In this document: positions 9,897 to 20,856 of the stretch, one piece after another
How positions within the stretch are numbered: the stretch's first letter is position 1
Layout: every line of letters starts with the position of its first letter
Virus record (IMG/VR): IMGVR_UViG_3300028048_000052
Coordinates: 111,155-175,154 of that record
From: a virus
Taxonomy: Duplodnaviria > Caudoviricetes
Strand: one strand, 5' to 3'
Length of the DNA stretch: 64,000 nt
Notes under the pieces: model-generated
What the model saw: the letters and a program-made list of their open reading frames with translations, nothing else
What the model was told of the DNA's origin: nothing
The model's database searches: none
Made by a program: the position numbers and the translations under genes

Positions 9897-10412
9897 ATGG
9901 CTAAGTTAATGGTTAAATGCCCCGTTTGTGGGAAAAGTTTTGATAGAAATAGTACGCCATATCATCAAGAGGGTAGAAGATATTTACACATGGAGTGTTG
10001 GGCAAGAAGAGAAGCCTCAAAAACTCAAGATGATAAGGATAGAGAGGCCCTTGAAGAATATATCAAGGAACTTTTTAAATTAACGGTCATTCCGATTAAA
10101 ATTGAAAAACAAATAAATAGTTTTCATAACGAATATGGTTATACTTATACCGGGATTAAAAAAGCATTAGTATATCAATTTGAAGTTAAAAAAGGTGATA
10201 TTAAACAAGCAAATGGTGGTATAGGTATTGTGCCATATGTTTATGAACAAGCAAGAAATTATTATTATCAAATATGGGTAGCTCAACAACAAAATAATGA
10301 TAAAATAATTAATGACTATATTCCTAGTGAGGTAAAAATAAAAATTAAAAATCCTCAAAAACAACCGAAAAGAAGAAAATTGTTTGAATTTTTAGATAAG
10401 GAGGGAGAATAA
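9897..10412 (+). CDS. Zn-finger replication protein, coupled to the helicase gene
   Basis: CPVC...HMEC; GIGIVPYVY; TAATG overlap with dnaB. Confidence 0.55.
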   Translation: MAKLMVKCPVCGKSFDRNSTPYHQEGRRYLHMECWARREASKTQDDKDREALEEYIKELFKLTVIPIKIEKQINSFHNEYGYTYTGIKKALVYQFEVKKGDIKQANGGIGIVPYVYEQARNYYYQIWVAQQQNNDKIINDYIPSEVKIKIKNPQKQPKRRKLFEFLDKEGE

Positions 10413-11947
10413 TGGCAACAAGTAAATATGTTGATCCGACCGCAATAATGCAAGTAGTTGGATGTGTGTATAATAATCCCTCTTTATTAGATGCAACAGA
10501 TAAATACACAATAACAGCTGACGATTTTGCAGATGAATTTCATAGAATTGCTTTTGGCTCAATTTATAAAATTCATGAATTAGGCGCAAAGAAAATTACA
10601 TTAGAAAATATTATGGATTTCTTATCAAGTCGTCCCAAGAGTGAAGCTATCTTCAAACAACAAAAAGGTGAAGAATGGTTATTAAAAGTGGCTGAAAACG
10701 CAATCCCGGCTTCATTTGATTATTATTATAATAGATTAAAAAAGTTTAGTTTATTAAGAGCTTATGATAACTATGGAATTGATGTAAAATTCATTTATGA
10801 CCCAGATAATATTCTTGATACAAAGAAAAAAGAATTACAAGAAGAGCAACTCGATAATTCAACATTGAACCAACTCGCTCAAAAAGTTGATGATATGATT
10901 GAGGGTATCCGGGCACAATATGTTGATGATGTATATCAAGAAGCAGTTCAAGCAAGCGATGGGCTTGAGGATTTGATTAAAAGTTTTAAAGAACGTCCAG
11001 AAGTCGGTGTACCAATGTATGGCCAATTAATCAATACAGTAACACGTGGCGCAAGGTTAGGAAAATTCTATTTACGTTCTGCGCCTACTGGTGTTGGTAA
11101 ATCAAGAACGATGATAGCAGATGCTTGTTATATTGCTTGTAATGAGATTTATAATGATACTATTGGAATGTGGGTTAAAAATGGAATTGTTCAACCGACT
11201 GTTTATATAACAACAGAACAAGATAAAAGTGAAATTCAAACCATGATGCTTGCATTCTTAGCAAGCGTAAATGAAGAGCATATTTTAAACGGGAGATATG
11301 AAGGAGATGAAGAAGAAAGAATTTATTATGCTTTAAAGGTATTACAAAATTCTCCTTTATATATAGTTGAACTACCAGATTTTTCTTTACAAGATATTGA
11401 AGATATAATTAAAAAGAATATAAGAGAACATGATGTTAAATTTGTGTTTCATGATTATATTCATACAAGTATTAAAATTTTAGAAGAAATTACTCGTCGT
11501 TCTGGTGGAGTAAAATTAAGAGAAGATAATATCTTATTTATGTTATCAACAAGATTAAAAGATATTTGTAATCAGTATGGAGTATTTATTTTATCAAGTA
11601 CCCAGCTAAATGCGGATTATCAAGTGTCTGAAACGCCGGATCAAAATTTATTAAGAGGAGCAAAAGCGATTGCTGATAAAATAGATTTTGGGTGTATATT
11701 GTTACCAGTTAAACAAGAAGATATTGAATCATTAGCAAAAGTTTTACAAAGAAGTAATTTTGAAAAACCAACTCATAAATTATCAATTTATAAAAACCGA
11801 AGAGGTAGGTATAATGGAATATATTTATGGTGTAAAGGTGATTTGGGCACTTGTAGAGTTAATCCAATTTTTGCAACAAATTGGAGTTATGAGTTAATAC
11901 AAATGGAAGATTTTCAAATTGAAGTAGAAAGTGATGGTGCGTTTTAA
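10412..11947 (+). CDS. dnaB: Replicative DnaB-like (SF4) helicase
   Basis: Walker A SAPTGVGKS, ITTEQ, FHDYI, STQLN, KNRRG. Confidence 0.85.
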   Translation: MATSKYVDPTAIMQVVGCVYNNPSLLDATDKYTITADDFADEFHRIAFGSIYKIHELGAKKITLENIMDFLSSRPKSEAIFKQQKGEEWLLKVAENAIPASFDYYYNRLKKFSLLRAYDNYGIDVKFIYDPDNILDTKKKELQEEQLDNSTLNQLAQKVDDMIEGIRAQYVDDVYQEAVQASDGLEDLIKSFKERPEVGVPMYGQLINTVTRGARLGKFYLRSAPTGVGKSRTMIADACYIACNEIYNDTIGMWVKNGIVQPTVYITTEQDKSEIQTMMLAFLASVNEEHILNGRYEGDEEERIYYALKVLQNSPLYIVELPDFSLQDIEDIIKKNIREHDVKFVFHDYIHTSIKILEEITRRSGGVKLREDNILFMLSTRLKDICNQYGVFILSSTQLNADYQVSETPDQNLLRGAKAIADKIDFGCILLPVKQEDIESLAKVLQRSNFEKPTHKLSIYKNRRGRYNGIYLWCKGDLGTCRVNPIFATNWSYELIQMEDFQIEVESDGAF

Positions 11948-12117
11948 TGGAAAATAAGATATGGATTGAAATTAATGTGTCTATTGCTGGTAACGGCGTT
12001 AGTGATGAGTATATGTTAAATAATATGGAAGATTATGGTTTGTATGATAATATTGATGACGCTATTGGCGCATTAATAGATATACAAAATATTATGGAGG
12101 AAGAAAATGAAATATAA
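11947..12117 (+). CDS. Small acidic hypothetical protein (56 aa)
   Basis: TAATG coupling to dnaB; open frame MENKIWIE...EENEI*. Confidence 0.55.
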   Translation: MENKIWIEINVSIAGNGVSDEYMLNNMEDYGLYDNIDDAIGALIDIQNIMEEENEI

Positions 12118-12562
12118 AATTTTACAACTTGACGCAAACGGAAGAATTAGCTTCACTAAAGAAGAATTAGAGAAGTTACTTGATGAAGTTTATAACAATG
12201 GATATGAAGATGGTAGAAAAACTTGCCAATATACGTATCCATATTGGTATTGGAAATCATATCTTACTACAACCCCAAATATTGTTTATACAGATAAAAC
12301 AACAAATCCAACACTTCCAAATGACTATATTTATGTTGGTGATGATCCAAATACGCTGGGAACAGTAACGACTGGAACGCCATTGAAAAATAATGGAAAT
12401 ACTGTCTGCACTGATATTCCAGATGATTCATCTCATTTTACACATGCAACTACAACAAACACAACCACAACCGCAAATACCGATTTTGCACCGCACTGGA
12501 CAGCTGAAAGAGTTGTATACGGAACTAAAAATACATCAACAGATAAAAAGTATACAGGATAA
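12107..12562 (+). CDS. Hypothetical Thr-rich protein
   Basis: ORF track; GGAGG RBS. Confidence 0.6.
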   Translation: MKYKILQLDANGRISFTKEELEKLLDEVYNNGYEDGRKTCQYTYPYWYWKSYLTTTPNIVYTDKTTNPTLPNDYIYVGDDPNTLGTVTTGTPLKNNGNTVCTDIPDDSSHFTHATTTNTTTTANTDFAPHWTAERVVYGTKNTSTDKKYTG

Positions 12563-12565
12563 AAT

Positions 12566-13672
12566 ATGGCAGGATATGATAAATTAGAAGTAAGAGAAAA
12601 ATTAGAAATAGAAGATATTTATAGTTTACTTCTTGAGTTTGGAGGTGAACCAGAATATTCTTCTTTTGGCATTATTTCAAGAACGATTTGTCATAATCCT
12701 GCGCATGAAGGAAGTCGCAAATTATACTATTATGAAAATAGTGATTTGTTTAGGTGTTATACTGATTGTGGCGATTCGTTTGACATATTTGAATTAGTCC
12801 AAAAGGTTAGTAGAATCCAATGGCATAAAGAAACAGATTTAAATGGGGCAATATATTATGTTGCGGTTAAATTTGGAATTGCGCCGAATTTTGGAACTGA
12901 TGATGATAACGTAGTTAATGCCGAAGATTGGGAAGCATTTGAAAAATATTCTCATATTAAAGATATTGAAATAAAAGATTTAAAAGTAACTCTTGAAGAA
13001 TATGATGATAGTATTTTAGATAAATTGAGATATGATTTAAAATTAACCCCATGGTTAAAAGAGCATATGACGCAAGAGGTTCTTGACAGCGCAAGGATTG
13101 GCTATTGGCTCGGTGGAGACCAGATAACAATTCCACATTATGATAAAGATGGTAGATTTGTTGGATTGCGTGGTAGAACCATGTGTAAAGATGAAGCCAT
13201 GGCTTATGGAAAATATCGTCCTATAAAAATTATGGACACTCAATATAATCATGCATTAAGTATGAATTTATATAATCTTAATTTTAGTAAAGATAATATA
13301 AAGAAAATGGGAAAAGCAATTATCTTTGAAAGTGAGAAAAGTTGTCTTATTTATAGAAGTTATTTTGGAAAAGATGCTGATATAAGTGTAGCGTGTTGTG
13401 GTAGTAATATCTCAGCATATCAAATTCAAATGCTTTTGGATGCTGGCGCAAAAGAAATTATAGTTGCATTTGATCGTGATTTTGAGGTCAAAGGCGATAA
13501 AACATATATGGCTCAAATTAATAAATATAAGAGGATATATAATAAATATCATATTTATTGCAATATTTCATTTATTTTTGATAAAAATAATTTATTACCA
13601 ATAAAAGCGAGTCCAATAGATAATGGTAAAGAAATATTTTTACAATTATTTAATGAAAGAATCTTTTTATAG
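12566..13672 (+). CDS. dnaG: DnaG-type primase
   Basis: Zn-binding CHN...RCYTDCG, IPHYD...GLRGR, TOPRIM IFESEKS and AFDRD. Confidence 0.8.
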   Translation: MAGYDKLEVREKLEIEDIYSLLLEFGGEPEYSSFGIISRTICHNPAHEGSRKLYYYENSDLFRCYTDCGDSFDIFELVQKVSRIQWHKETDLNGAIYYVAVKFGIAPNFGTDDDNVVNAEDWEAFEKYSHIKDIEIKDLKVTLEEYDDSILDKLRYDLKLTPWLKEHMTQEVLDSARIGYWLGGDQITIPHYDKDGRFVGLRGRTMCKDEAMAYGKYRPIKIMDTQYNHALSMNLYNLNFSKDNIKKMGKAIIFESEKSCLIYRSYFGKDADISVACCGSNISAYQIQMLLDAGAKEIIVAFDRDFEVKGDKTYMAQINKYKRIYNKYHIYCNISFIFDKNNLLPIKASPIDNGKEIFLQLFNERIFL

Positions 13673-13683
13673 GAGGTATCTTA

Positions 13684-14424
13684 GTGCCAAAATTAATTGA
13701 TTTGACCGGGAAAAAATTTGGAAAACTTATTGTAAAAGAAAGAGCACCAAATAAAAATAACCAAGTATGTTGATTATGTAAATGTGATTGCGGGAATGAA
13801 GTAATTGTCACAAGAAGAGAATTATTAACTGGACATACTAAATCGTGTGGGTGTTATCGTAAAGAGATTACCGCAAAAAGAAATAAAGAAATAAAACCTA
13901 AAAAATTAGATGGGTTAAGATTTGGCAAATTAACTGTTTTAAAGCCAACTGAATTACGAGATACAAATGGCGCAATAATTTGAGAGTGTGTTTGTGATTG
14001 TGGAACACATACAATGGTTCGTGGAAATTTATTAGTTAATGGAATGATACAGAGTTGTGGATGTGTAAAATCACAAGGAGAACAAAAAATTATTGACATT
14101 TTAAAAAAATATGATATAATTTATGAAAAAGAAAAAACTTTTGAAACATGCCGTTATCCAGAAACAAATTTCTTATGTCGTTTTGATTTTTATGTTAATA
14201 ATAAATATTTAATAGAATTTGATGGTGAACAACATTTTAAAAAAAGTAAATATAATAATAGTTGAAATACAGAACAACATTTAAAAGAAACTAAAATGCA
14301 TGATGAATATAAAAATAATTGGTGTAAAGAAAATAATATCCCATTAATTAGAATTCCTTACAACCATTTAAATGAATTAAAAATAGAAGATTTAATGTTA
14401 GAAACAAGTAAATTTGTTATTTAA
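13684..14424 (+). CDS. Free-standing homing endonuclease, Cys-rich repeats + Vsr/DUF559-like nuclease (3 TGA=Trp)
   Basis: AGGAGG RBS + GTG; DLTGKKFGKL, TGA-LCKCDCG, TGA-ECVCDCG, RFDFY, IEFDGEQH; same architecture as 6127-6825. Confidence 0.8.
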
Positions 14425-14442
14425 TGAAAGGGTGGTGTTATA

Positions 14443-16173
14443 ATGAAATATATAATGCGTGGAGATTGAAATGAAAATAATAAAACTGCGCTTGTACGGG
14501 TTTTATTGAATAGGGGAATGAAAGAAGAAGATATTGAGCATTATTTAAATACAACAGACGATGATTTAATTGACCCATCCTTAATTGAAAATATACAAGA
14601 AGGCACTCAAATGCTTTTAAAACATATTAATGCCAACAATGATATTTATATTCAAGTAGATTCAGACGTTGATGGTTATACAAGTTCAGCCATTTTAATT
14701 AATTACTTGTATAAAGCATATCCAGATTTTGCTAAAACGCATATTACCTATGGTCTTCATGAAAATAAAGAACATGGTATTGATATGGATGCTATTAAAG
14801 ATAATATTAAATTAGTTGTTGTCCCAGATGCTGGATCAAACGAATTTGATTTACATGCTGAACTTAAATATAATGGGATTGATGTATTAATTATAGACCA
14901 CCATAACGCAGAGGGCTATTCTGATTATGCGTGCGTAATTAATAATCAAATTGGTAACTACCCGAATAAAGATTTATCTGGGGCTGGCATGGTTTATAAA
15001 TTTTGTTGCTATCTTGATAAATATTTAGGTTTTGATTTTGCAGATGATTTTATTGATTTGGCGGTGTTTGGGATAATCGCTGATGTAATGCCACTTACCA
15101 ATTTTGAAACAAGAAGAATGATTGTTAAAGCAATAGATAATTTTAGAAGTCCATTTTTAAATGTTCTTGCTTCAGCTAATAGCTTTCAAAGTGGAGTTCA
15201 AATAGTTCCAAAGACATTCTCTTGGACTATGGCGCCAGCAATAAATGCTATTTGTAGAATGGGTAATTTAGAAGATAAAAAAATTGTATTTGAAGCAATG
15301 CTTGAAAAAAATAGCGAATTAGAAGTTCCATCAACCAAAAGAGGGCACAAAGGTGAAACAGAGTTATTAATTGAGCAGGCGGCAAGAGTTGCTAAAAATG
15401 TTAAAGCTGGACAAGACAGAGCAAGAGATAAATTATGTGAACAGTTTGAGCAATTAATTAATGATAAAAATTTACTTGAAAATCAAATCTTGGCTCTTAA
15501 AATGCCAGATTCAACCCAAGAGGATAGAAATATAACTGGGCTTGTTGCTAATAAATTAATGAGTAAATATCAAAGACCAGTTCTTGTACTGAGTAAAAAA
15601 GTATTAGAAGATGGCTCGGTTCATTGGGCCGGCTCTGGCAGAAATGGCGGAGATGGGTTAATTAGTTTTCAAAAATTCTTAATAGATTCAAATTTAGTAG
15701 ATTGGGCACAGGGGCACGACAATGCATTTGGCGTTTCTATTCCCGATGAAAATTTCTCTGCTTTGATACAATATGGGAATAAAGAATTGGCTAACTTTGA
15801 TTTTACTCCAAAATATAAAATAGATATAGTATATTATGGGACAAATATCGATATTGGTGATATTGCTTCTATTGCTGATAATAATGATTTATGGGGAGAG
15901 GGTCTTGAAGAACCGAAGATTCTTATAAAAGATTTACCCATCAATTCAGCGCTTGCTGATATATCACCGAGAGGTTATTTTAAAATATCACTTGGATCTG
16001 AGTTAGATATTGTTAAAATGCGAATGGATTTTGATGAGTTTGATAAAATTATAAAAGGACCAAATAGTAAATTAGATATTATTGGAACTTGTTTCCGTAA
16101 TGTTGGGTTTGGCGATGGTTTACAAATTAGAATTGAAGATTATGAATTAAAAACACAGCAATGGTATTTTTAA
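14443..16173 (+). CDS. recJ: RecJ-like DHH ssDNA exonuclease (576 aa; single TGA at codon 9)
   Basis: DSDVDG, PDAG, IIDHH, GSGR, GHDNAFG. RBS-preceded ATG at 14443 is in frame through TGA 14467. Confidence 0.85.
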
Positions 16174-16254
16174 ACCGTCGGCTATGTCTATTGGACATAA
16201 CCAGTTGATTTACATTTATGTTTTTTATATAATATATAAAGGAGAAAGATATAT

Positions 16255-16770
16255 ATGATTATAAAATGTAAATGTACTGTTTGCGGGAAAGAATTTGACG
16301 CATTAAAAAGTACTGCAAAATATTGTAGTAAAGAGTGTATGAATAAAGCGCGCAGAATTAGGGTGGCAGAAGAAAAAAATAATCCTAAAAAAAGAAATGA
16401 AAACGGGATGACAGAAAAAACATGCTTGCTTTGTGGGAAACCGTTTTCTCCTAAAACCGCTGCGGCGAATAATAGAAGCTGTTGCTATGAATGTATGCCA
16501 GATGGAGTTCAATTGAGACGTGGAGATTTTTTAGCAAAAATTAAAAAAATACGCGGAGGGCAATGTGAGCGATGCGGTTATCATACTTCTATAAAAGCGC
16601 TTGAATTTCACCATTTAGATCCAAACAAAAAAGATTTTACTATTAGTAATGATCATTTTAAATTAGAAGAGGCTTTAGAAGAAAGTAAAAAATGCGTATT
16701 GTTATGCGCAAATTGCCATAGAGAACTTCATGATGATGTTTGGAAAATTGAAGAATTAGGATATAAATAA
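16255..16770 (+). CDS. HNH endonuclease with N-terminal Zn fingers
   Basis: CERCG...LEFHHLDP...LLCANCHRELH. Confidence 0.85.
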   Translation: MIIKCKCTVCGKEFDALKSTAKYCSKECMNKARRIRVAEEKNNPKKRNENGMTEKTCLLCGKPFSPKTAAANNRSCCYECMPDGVQLRRGDFLAKIKKIRGGQCERCGYHTSIKALEFHHLDPNKKDFTISNDHFKLEEALEESKKCVLLCANCHRELHDDVWKIEELGYK

Positions 16771-16786
16771 GAAAGGGGGCGATATA

Positions 16787-17958
16787 ATGGAACTTACAGT
16801 AAAACAACAGGAAGCTCTTACGCTTGCTGTTTCTCGCTATGTCAATGGAGAAGCATACACATGTATTAGCGGGTATGCTGGAGTTGGTTAGGTAAAACAA
16901 CATTGATTAGTTTCATTATTTCCGCTCTTGGATTACAACCATGGGAAGTTTGCTATATTGCCTATACCGGTAAGGCAGCGCTGGTATTAAAAAGCAAGGG
17001 ATGCGAAAATGCCATGACAGCACATAGATTGTTATATATTTCTCATCCAAAAGCAGATGGAACTTTCTTTCATATGCCACGAAGACCTTTACCACCTTAT
17101 AAAATAATTGTATGTGATGAGATATCAATGTTACCAAAAGATATGTGGGAGCTTCTTTTATCTCATCATATTCATGTTATTGCGCTTGGAGATCCGGCCC
17201 AATTACCTCCTATCACAGAAGATAATGGGGTATTGGCAAATCCGCATATATTTTTGGATGAAATCGTACGTCAAGCCCAAGATAATGAAATCATTAAATT
17301 GAGCATGGATATTCGTGAAGGAAAACCTTTACAATTATTCAATGGTAACCAAGTTAAAGTAATTGATAAAAAAGATTTAAAATCGGGAATGTATACTTGG
17401 GCTGATCAAATTATTTGTGCTAAAAATGAAACACGACGCCAAATAAATGAGTATATGCGTGAAATGACATTGGGTATGAAAACACCCGACCCAGTGGAAG
17501 GTGATAAAGTCATCTGTTTAAAAAACGATTGGGATAGTATGAACGCTTATGGAGATATGTTAGTTAATGGCACCATTGGAACTATTTCTTATATTCGATA
17601 TGATGATAATAATAAATATTTAAAACCCCATGTTGAATGGGATTTATTACCAGATGGTTATATCCCATCTGAGTGTGCTGAAGATCCATATTTTAGAGAT
17701 TTGAATATTGACTATAAATTATTAACAACTGGTGAACCAACAGTTACACAAAAAAATTTTAGAAAATTTCCTCAAATTTGGAAACCAAAAGAATTTGATT
17801 ATGGTTATTGTATTACCTGTTGGAAAGCGCAGGGTGATCAGTATAATAAAGTATTATTATTTGAAGAGGGATTCCCTTTTGAGCCAGAAGAGCATAGAAG
17901 ATATCTCTATACTGGTATTACAAGAGCAGTTGAAAAATTGGTAGTCGTAAGGAAATAA
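16787..17958 (+). CDS. RecD2/Dda-like SF1B helicase interrupted in Walker A by a 5-nt insert (388 aa if bypassed)
   Basis: RBS + ATG 16787 gives ...ISGYAGVG then TAG. Skipping 16889-16893 gives GYAGVGKTTL. Downstream AYTGKAA, DEISM, GDPAQL, TCWKAQG, YTGITRA are intact. Confidence 0.8.
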
Positions 17959-17975
17959 CTTTGGGCATTTTAAGA

Positions 17976-18004
17976 TTGACTATTTTATAAAAAAATGGTA
18001 TAAT
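17976..18004 (+). promoter_or_regulatory. Near-consensus sigma-A promoter
   Basis: TTGACT-17 nt-TATAAT with TG. Confidence 0.8.
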
Positions 18005-18033
18005 AAATAGAGTAAGAAAGAGTAGAAAAACAT

Positions 18034-19398
18034 ATGAAAAATGAATATGGTTATCTTCCAAATGAGACGCCATCGTTAGGTAAATTACTTTTATATGCTT
18101 TACAGCAGGTAATTGTAATGTTTCCAGCGACAGTTACCGTAGCATTGATTACTGGTTTCCAAGTATCAACAACGATATTCGCGTCAGGTTTGGCGACTTT
18201 GTGTTTTATTTTAATTACACAAAAGAAAATTCCTTTGTACTACGGCTCAAGTTTTGCTTATTTATCTGCTGTTAGCGCAATGGTTATGGCAGAAGGAACT
18301 GCTGATCAAATTGCAAGTTGGCAGGCAACAGGAATTTTACCGACTGAATTAATTTCAAAAGCACAATTTGGAATTATTATGTCTGGATTTGTATCAATTG
18401 CGGCTGGATTGCTTGTAAAGAAATTTGGTAAAGACTCTGTTGAAAAAGTTCTCCCGGCTTCAATTACTGGTCCAGTATCTATGGTCATTGGTCTTACGTT
18501 AGCTGGAAACGCTTTAAGTGATGCTATTTCAGCTGGTAATACCGCATGGTGCATTGTCGCATTAATTACTTTAATTTCTACTATGATTTATTCAAGATAT
18601 TTAAAAGGATTATTGGGACAATTACCATTATTATTGGGTGCAGTTACTGGTTGTATTGTAGCTGGATTATTCGCATTATTTGGAATTAATTTATTTAGAA
18701 GTATTCCAACAGAAGCACTTAATTCACTTTGGTCTTTTGGCCCATTTGCAATTCCAGCTTTCAGTTTACCGAAATATAGTTGGGCGGCTTTAATTGGAAT
18801 TATGCCAATTGCTATTGCCACTATTCCAGAGTCAACTGCGCATGTTTATCAGTTAGATCTTTATGTGCAAGATATTGCAAAAAAGAAAGGTGTTGAAGCT
18901 GATAGAATTGAAAATCTATTAGATAAAAATTTAATTGGAGATGGTTTGTGCGACATGATTTCTGGACTTATCGGTGGTCCAGCTGGAACAAATTATGGCG
19001 AAAATATTTCCACAATGGCGATTACGAGAGTATTTAGTATTCCTGTGTTAATTGCCGCTAGTATTATTGCAATGATAATTTCTTGTTTTACGCCTTTAAT
19101 TCAAGGAATTTATGCTATTCCGTTAGCTGTAATTGGTGGTTTAGAGATTTATCTCTTTGGAGCAATCGCAGCGCAAGGTATGGCAATTATGATAGATAAA
19201 AAAGTAGATATGTTTGATAGTAAAAATATTGCTGTTATTGCCACAATTGTTATTGTTGGTATTGGTGGACAATATGCATTTGGTGGAAATATTCCATTGT
19301 TTGGAATGAATATTCCTTGCGTTGCTGGGGCAGCGATTGCTGGTATTCTAATTAATGCTTTATTATCGATAAAGAAAAAAGGAGTAATGAATGAATAA
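18034..19398 (+). CDS. NCS2/NAT family uracil-xanthine permease (UraA/PyrP-like)
   Basis: Multi-TM; LQQV..MF, YGSSFAY, signature GTNYGENIST. Confidence 0.85.
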   Translation: MKNEYGYLPNETPSLGKLLLYALQQVIVMFPATVTVALITGFQVSTTIFASGLATLCFILITQKKIPLYYGSSFAYLSAVSAMVMAEGTADQIASWQATGILPTELISKAQFGIIMSGFVSIAAGLLVKKFGKDSVEKVLPASITGPVSMVIGLTLAGNALSDAISAGNTAWCIVALITLISTMIYSRYLKGLLGQLPLLLGAVTGCIVAGLFALFGINLFRSIPTEALNSLWSFGPFAIPAFSLPKYSWAALIGIMPIAIATIPESTAHVYQLDLYVQDIAKKKGVEADRIENLLDKNLIGDGLCDMISGLIGGPAGTNYGENISTMAITRVFSIPVLIAASIIAMIISCFTPLIQGIYAIPLAVIGGLEIYLFGAIAAQGMAIMIDKKVDMFDSKNIAVIATIVIVGIGGQYAFGGNIPLFGMNIPCVAGAAIAGILINALLSIKKKGVMNE

Positions 19399-20755
19399 TC
19401 TTTTAGAGAAATGGTTTCATTTGAAAGAGAATGGCACTACATTAACAACCGAGTTAATTGCTGGTCTCACTACTTTTGCGGCAATGGCATATATTATTGT
19501 CGTAAATCCTGCTACATTGGCTGGGTTTGGAGAACCCGGAGCGATGTTTATTGCTACAATCTTTGCATCTGCGCTTAGTACGGCTCTGCTTGGTTTAATC
19601 GCTAATATCCCATACGCCGCGGCGCCGGGACTTGGGTTAAACAACACCGCCGCCAACATCCTTGCTGGCTATACAGCTTACCTCGTAGGACTTAGCCCAG
19701 AAGGCATTATCGCAGTTGTCTTGCTCTCTGGTTTAATTAATGTATTAATTACAGTTACAAATATTCGTAAGCATATTATTAAAGCAATTCCAGAGTCATT
19801 ACAGAATGCAATTAGTGCGGGTATTGGTATGTTTATTATCTATATCGCATTATGCAATGTTGGTTTGGTTCATTTCACTTTCGGTATTCCTGCTATTAGC
19901 ACGACAATTGATTTTAAAGTATTATTAGTATTCATTGTTGGCTTATGTTTAACGGTTTATCTCTTATTAAAAAATGTCAATGGCGCAATCTTAATCGGTA
20001 TTGTTGTTGCTACTCTCTTAGGTATTCCTCTTGGAGTAACTAATTTCAGCACTGGTTATAGTATTGGTGAAGCATTTACTGCTTATGGCCATTGGTTTGG
20101 AACTCCTATTACAAAGGGTCTGCCAGAATTATTTAGTGATTTAAGAAATATCATTCCTATCTTGATTGGTATTTTATCCTTCTCGTTGTCTGATATTTTT
20201 GATACAATTGGTACATTCATTGGTACTGGTAAAGTTAGTGGTATCTTTAATGACGCTGATTTAGAAGATATGGAAAGCGGTTCTGGTTTTGATTCAAAAA
20301 TGGATAAAGCATTATTCGCAGATGCAATTGCTACTCCTATTGGTGCTTTACTCGGCACATCTTCAACTACTACTTATGTTGAATCTGCGGCTGGTATCGG
20401 CGCTGGCGGTCGTACAGGATTAACCTCTATCGTTGTAGCATTATGCTTCTTATTATCATTACCATTCGCTGGTTTCGTTAGTGGTATCCCATCAGCGGCA
20501 ACAGCTCCTGCATTAATCGTAGTTGGTGTTATGATGATGGCATCATTAAGAGAGATTAATTGGAATGATTTAGAAGAAGCAATCCCTGCAATGTGTGCAA
20601 GCGTGCCTATGGCATTAACCTATGGTATTACAAATGGTATTATGTTAGGTTTCTGGGCATACACGTTTGTAAAACTTTGTAAAGGAAAGATAAAAGAAGT
20701 CCATCCAATCATTTTGGTAAGTGATATCTTGTTTATCTTAAACTACCTAATGTAA
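19391..20755 (+). CDS. NCS2 AzgA-like purine permease (PbuG/PbuO-like)
   Basis: ELIAGLTTFAAMAYIIVVNP, APGLGLN, DIFDTIGT, TTYVESAAGIGAGGRTGLT. Confidence 0.9.
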   Translation: MNNLLEKWFHLKENGTTLTTELIAGLTTFAAMAYIIVVNPATLAGFGEPGAMFIATIFASALSTALLGLIANIPYAAAPGLGLNNTAANILAGYTAYLVGLSPEGIIAVVLLSGLINVLITVTNIRKHIIKAIPESLQNAISAGIGMFIIYIALCNVGLVHFTFGIPAISTTIDFKVLLVFIVGLCLTVYLLLKNVNGAILIGIVVATLLGIPLGVTNFSTGYSIGEAFTAYGHWFGTPITKGLPELFSDLRNIIPILIGILSFSLSDIFDTIGTFIGTGKVSGIFNDADLEDMESGSGFDSKMDKALFADAIATPIGALLGTSSTTTYVESAAGIGAGGRTGLTSIVVALCFLLSLPFAGFVSGIPSAATAPALIVVGVMMMASLREINWNDLEEAIPAMCASVPMALTYGITNGIMLGFWAYTFVKLCKGKIKEVHPIILVSDILFILNYLM

Positions 20756-20759
20756 AAAG

Positions 20760-20798
20760 AATGGGTGGGGCTTAGGGCTCCACCCATTGATTTTTTTT
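20760..20798 (+). terminator. Intrinsic terminator overlapping the dnaE promoter
   Basis: AATGGGTGGGGC...GCTCCACCCATT hairpin followed by a T run. Confidence 0.75.
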
Positions 20799-20815
20799 AT
20801 AAAATATGATATAAT
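20787..20815 (+). promoter_or_regulatory. Sigma-A type promoter with extended -10
   Basis: TTGATT-17 nt-TATAAT with TG. Confidence 0.7.
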
Positions 20816-20856
20816 ATAAATGTAAAAATAGGAAGAAAGTGAGGTGATATAGAATA

